Below are positions 60,543 through 64,000 of a stretch of 64,000 nucleotides of DNA, piece after piece. Every line of letters starts with the position of its first letter. Position 1 is the first letter of the stretch. The position numbers and the translations under genes were made by a program. Location: NCBI RefSeq assembly GCF_006345805.1, contig NC_043017.1, positions 17,360,001-17,424,000 of the forward strand. Direction: 5' to 3'. This stretch comes from Octopus sinensis. Lineage: Eukaryota. The notes beneath the pieces were generated by a model, which saw nothing but the letters and a program-made list of their open reading frames with translations, had not been told where the DNA came from and did not search any database.

Positions 60543-61690
60543 ATATATGTGTGTGTGTGTGGGTGTTTAATTCATAGTGGCACTGCACGGTGCTGGAAAA
60601 ATAAAGATGTAAGCCTTAAGACGTGTGTAATAAAAAAAATAATAAAAGTTCCTAACTTTAACTTACATCTGTGCGTGTGTTTGCACAGGCGCGCACACAT
60701 ATATAAATGAAGTAAGGTCTATCAGAATCTACTTTCTTTCCCGCTGTAGCTCGTAAATATGAAAGATTAACATTAAAATCTGATTTATTATAGACATTCA
60801 TTTACATATCTTACATATACATTACATGCCTTGCATGCATGCCGGAAAAGTCACTGATACATATGTATGTATGTACTGCGTTTATATCTATATCATAATA
60901 GAGATAGCTGTTTATTAATTAGGTATGTAATAGTTACTAAAAGAAAGCAATTATTAAAGGCTTGACCGTCTGGAATTTACCAAGATATTTCCTACAATTT
61001 TGATTTTTGAAGTTTATTGAATATTTGAACTAAAAGTTTTTCACACATTTAAATATTCGTTGCATTCACTGCGGAGTAGATTTTAAAGTTTAATAAACAA
61101 TATTGATTCGTTACAGGCTAAATTTTCTGCTTTCATTTGCAACAGTCTCTCACTCTCACCTCTATTGTCGTTAATGATAATTTAATATATATTCATTTCA
61201 ATGTTTTCATTTCAAGTTTTAATTCGCTATTTACAAAACCCACTATTTATTCTATATACGTAATGTAAAAACATTTATTGAATTTAAAGAATGCTATTAG
61301 ACAAAATAGCTGTATAACCACGAGACTCCGGCAGGAGGTGGTGGCGACCCCTGTTGTACTCTTTCGCTCCAACTTTCCCTCACTCTTTCTTCCTGTTTCT
61401 TGTCTCCGACTTCCTACGCAACCGCTGAGCCTAGATGCGCATTCATCCATCCGCCGATGCTCTCGGTGTCGGGGGTTAATCTGCTTTCCCTTCTGCGGGT
61501 CTTACGAATAGCAAAGGACCACGTTTCGGACATCGCCCACTGAGACGAAGACCACTTCGCTCAACAAGCAAACACCATCCTTTCCTTACATGGCGCGTAT
61601 ATTCCTGCAGGTTCCTACCGTCTTCTTGCCTTTTATTAAATAACAAAGCACGCGGTGTCGCTAATATTTGTTTCCGTTCTCCATTTTCAG

Positions 61691-61762
61691 GGTAATCCCA
61701 AGCACACCATGTCTATTTGCAAGATGGCGTTGAACTACGCTGAAGTGTCAAATATCTACCGA
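61691..61762 (+). other. Candidate 72-nt exon
   Basis: Strong acceptor ttccgttctccattttcag| and donor |gtaaga; open phase-0 frame GNPKHTMSICKMALNYAEVSNIYR. No recognised homology. Confidence 0.35.
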
Positions 61763-62012
61763 GTAAGAACAGACTCAAGTTAACAACTGATCAGAGTGCT
61801 TGAAGTTTAGTATCAACAAAAACCGAACGAACTTCTTGGCCAACTCGATACATACACTCACTGCATAAGTATGAGAAGGGAGAAGAACGTGTATACTTAA
61901 TGGCTAGTATAACCAGCTGTTGTGTGTGTGTGTATGGGTTTCAAAAGACAGCCGTGTTCAAACAAACTCCCGAATATTCTAACACTCGACTGTAGTTACA
62001 CACACACACACG

Positions 62013-62029
<17 letters not shown>

Positions 62030-62054
<25 letters not shown>

Positions 62055-62360
62055 TGCTCTCTCTTCTCTCTTTCTCGTTCTCTCTCTTTCTTTTACTCTC
62101 TCTTTCTCTCTTCCTCTATCTCTTTCTCGTTCTCTCTCTTTCATTTACTCTCTCTTTCTCTCTTCCTCTATCTCTTTCTCGCTCTCTCTCTCTTTCTTTT
62201 ACTCTCTCTTTCTCTCTTCCTCTATCTCTTTCTCGCTCTCTCTCTTTCTTTTACTCTCTCTTTCTCTCTTCCTCTATCTCTTTCTCGCTCTCTCTCTTTT
62301 ACTCTCTCTTTCTCTCTTCCTTATCTCTTTCTCGCTCTCTCTCTTTCTTTTACTCTCTCG
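62030..62360. repeat. Polypyrimidine minisatellite (~45-50 bp unit)
   Basis: Repeated ctctttctctcttcctctatctctttctcgctctctctctttcttttact units. Confidence 0.85.
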
Positions 62361-62775
62361 CCGCCGCCTTCCAGCCATAATCTTCCTGTATTTTCCCAGT
62401 AACAAAGAATCCAAGAATTCATTATGGAACCAACAAGCACCATATCATTCTTTACTAAGACGACAAGCTGTGAGTTGAGAAAGATATGGCTACTGGTTTT
62501 AGCAGTTCAAGTGACTTCGATTTCAATCAACTATAGCCGTTTCTGTCAAATATTCTATGACAAATTATTAAGTTTGGCCACAAAATTTATTCCACTCCCT
62601 CCCACCACCACCACCTCCTGTCCCACCTATCTTAACACCTTGCATTTACTTCCTTCCCACTTCGTCAAATTCGTTCTTTCGTTCAACTAGATTCATTAGT
62701 GACGGAACATTAATTATTCTTCGCTACATTCCACCCCAACCCTACATCTCTCTCTCCCTCTGTCTCTCACTCCGT

Positions 62776-62837
<62 letters not shown>

Positions 62838-63455
62838 GCCCTCGATTTCTTTCATTGTCAAAGAACAGAATCAATGAACGGAAAGCTTCACGTTCACACT
62901 CCAGTGCTGCTCCCATTTGTCCCTTAATTCCGCCCTTTCTTCCTTCCGCGTTCCCTTCCCCTTCCTCCTCCTCCCATCATCTCTCACTGCTTCTTCCCTC
63001 CTAACACCTACTCTCTCTTACAGACACTCACACACACACACGCCACGCACACACCCCACACGCATACACACACATACACACAAACGCACAAACGTTGACC
63101 AATTTGACAATATTCCAATCGCACACCAAAGGAATTACCAATCCAATAGACTAAGAATGGTTAGATAAGGAGAGCGAGGTAGGTGTAATGGGAGAGAGTG
63201 AGTGAGAGAGACAGAGAGACAGAGAGAAACAAAGACAGGGTGCTAAGAAGAAGGGATGTGGTCAGGGATTTCAGATAAGAAAATAGAGTCGGGAAGGTTG
63301 GACGACTATCCAATCAAGAAGTCTCTCCTTCTATCGATCTATTGATGACTGTATATATATATATATATATGGACGCCTCCATACAGACATACACACACAC
63401 ATCAGCGACCGTTTGTTACTTCTCACACAGCGATTTAATATTGTGTGTGTATATG

Positions 63456-63491
<36 letters not shown>

Positions 63492-63957
63492 TATATACAT
63501 ACATATATATATACATATATGTATATCTACATACATATATGTATATATACATACATATATAGATATATACATACATATATGTATATATACATACATATAT
63601 ATATATATGTGTGTGTGTATGTATATATATACATACATATATATATGTATGTATATGTATGTGTATATATATACATATATATATTTATGTATATGTATGT
63701 ATATATATATATACATACATATATACATATATGTATGTATGTATATATATATATATATACATACATATATACATATATATATATGTATGTGTGTGTGTGT
63801 GTGTGTCTATGTATGTATGTATATATACATACATATATATGTATATGTATGTATGTATGTATATATACATATATATATATGTATGTATGTATGTATATAT
63901 ACATATATATATATGTATGTATGTATGTATATATACATATATATATATGTATGTATG

Positions 63958-63988
<31 letters not shown>

Positions 63989-64000
63989 GTATGTATGTAT

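Overview
This is AT-rich, intron-like or intergenic animal DNA saturated with (TA)n, (CA)n and (TACA)n microsatellites. The SINE families resemble those I recall from octopus genomes (inference). Nearly all [12 protein letters not shown] ORFs in the track are microsatellite artefacts. Protein-coding content: three single-exon ORFs for Ser/Thr-rich membrane glycoproteins (31568+, 41626+, 47768-; the last two are clear paralogues) and a few candidate small exons. The rest is mobile DNA: tRNA-derived SINEs, Tc1/mariner remnants, MITEs, two Helitron-type non-autonomous elements, and R4/Dong-, RTE- and Tx1/L1-like LINE fragments. Two systems stand out. (1) A family of ~1.4-1.6 kb non-LTR retroposons encodes only a zinc-knuckle ORF1 protein. 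Three copies are stacked head-to-tail, each preceded by the same 15-bp sequence from a SINE head. They share a covarying 3' stem-loop with a SINE family and with a Tx1-like LINE remnant. (2) A Penelope/retrozyme-like array at 51.06-51.93 kb carries two identical type I hammerhead ribozymes 358 nt apart, with a U3-A8 compensatory core, plus a 235-bp antisense arm. All coordinates and alignments were read by eye; no database searches were run.
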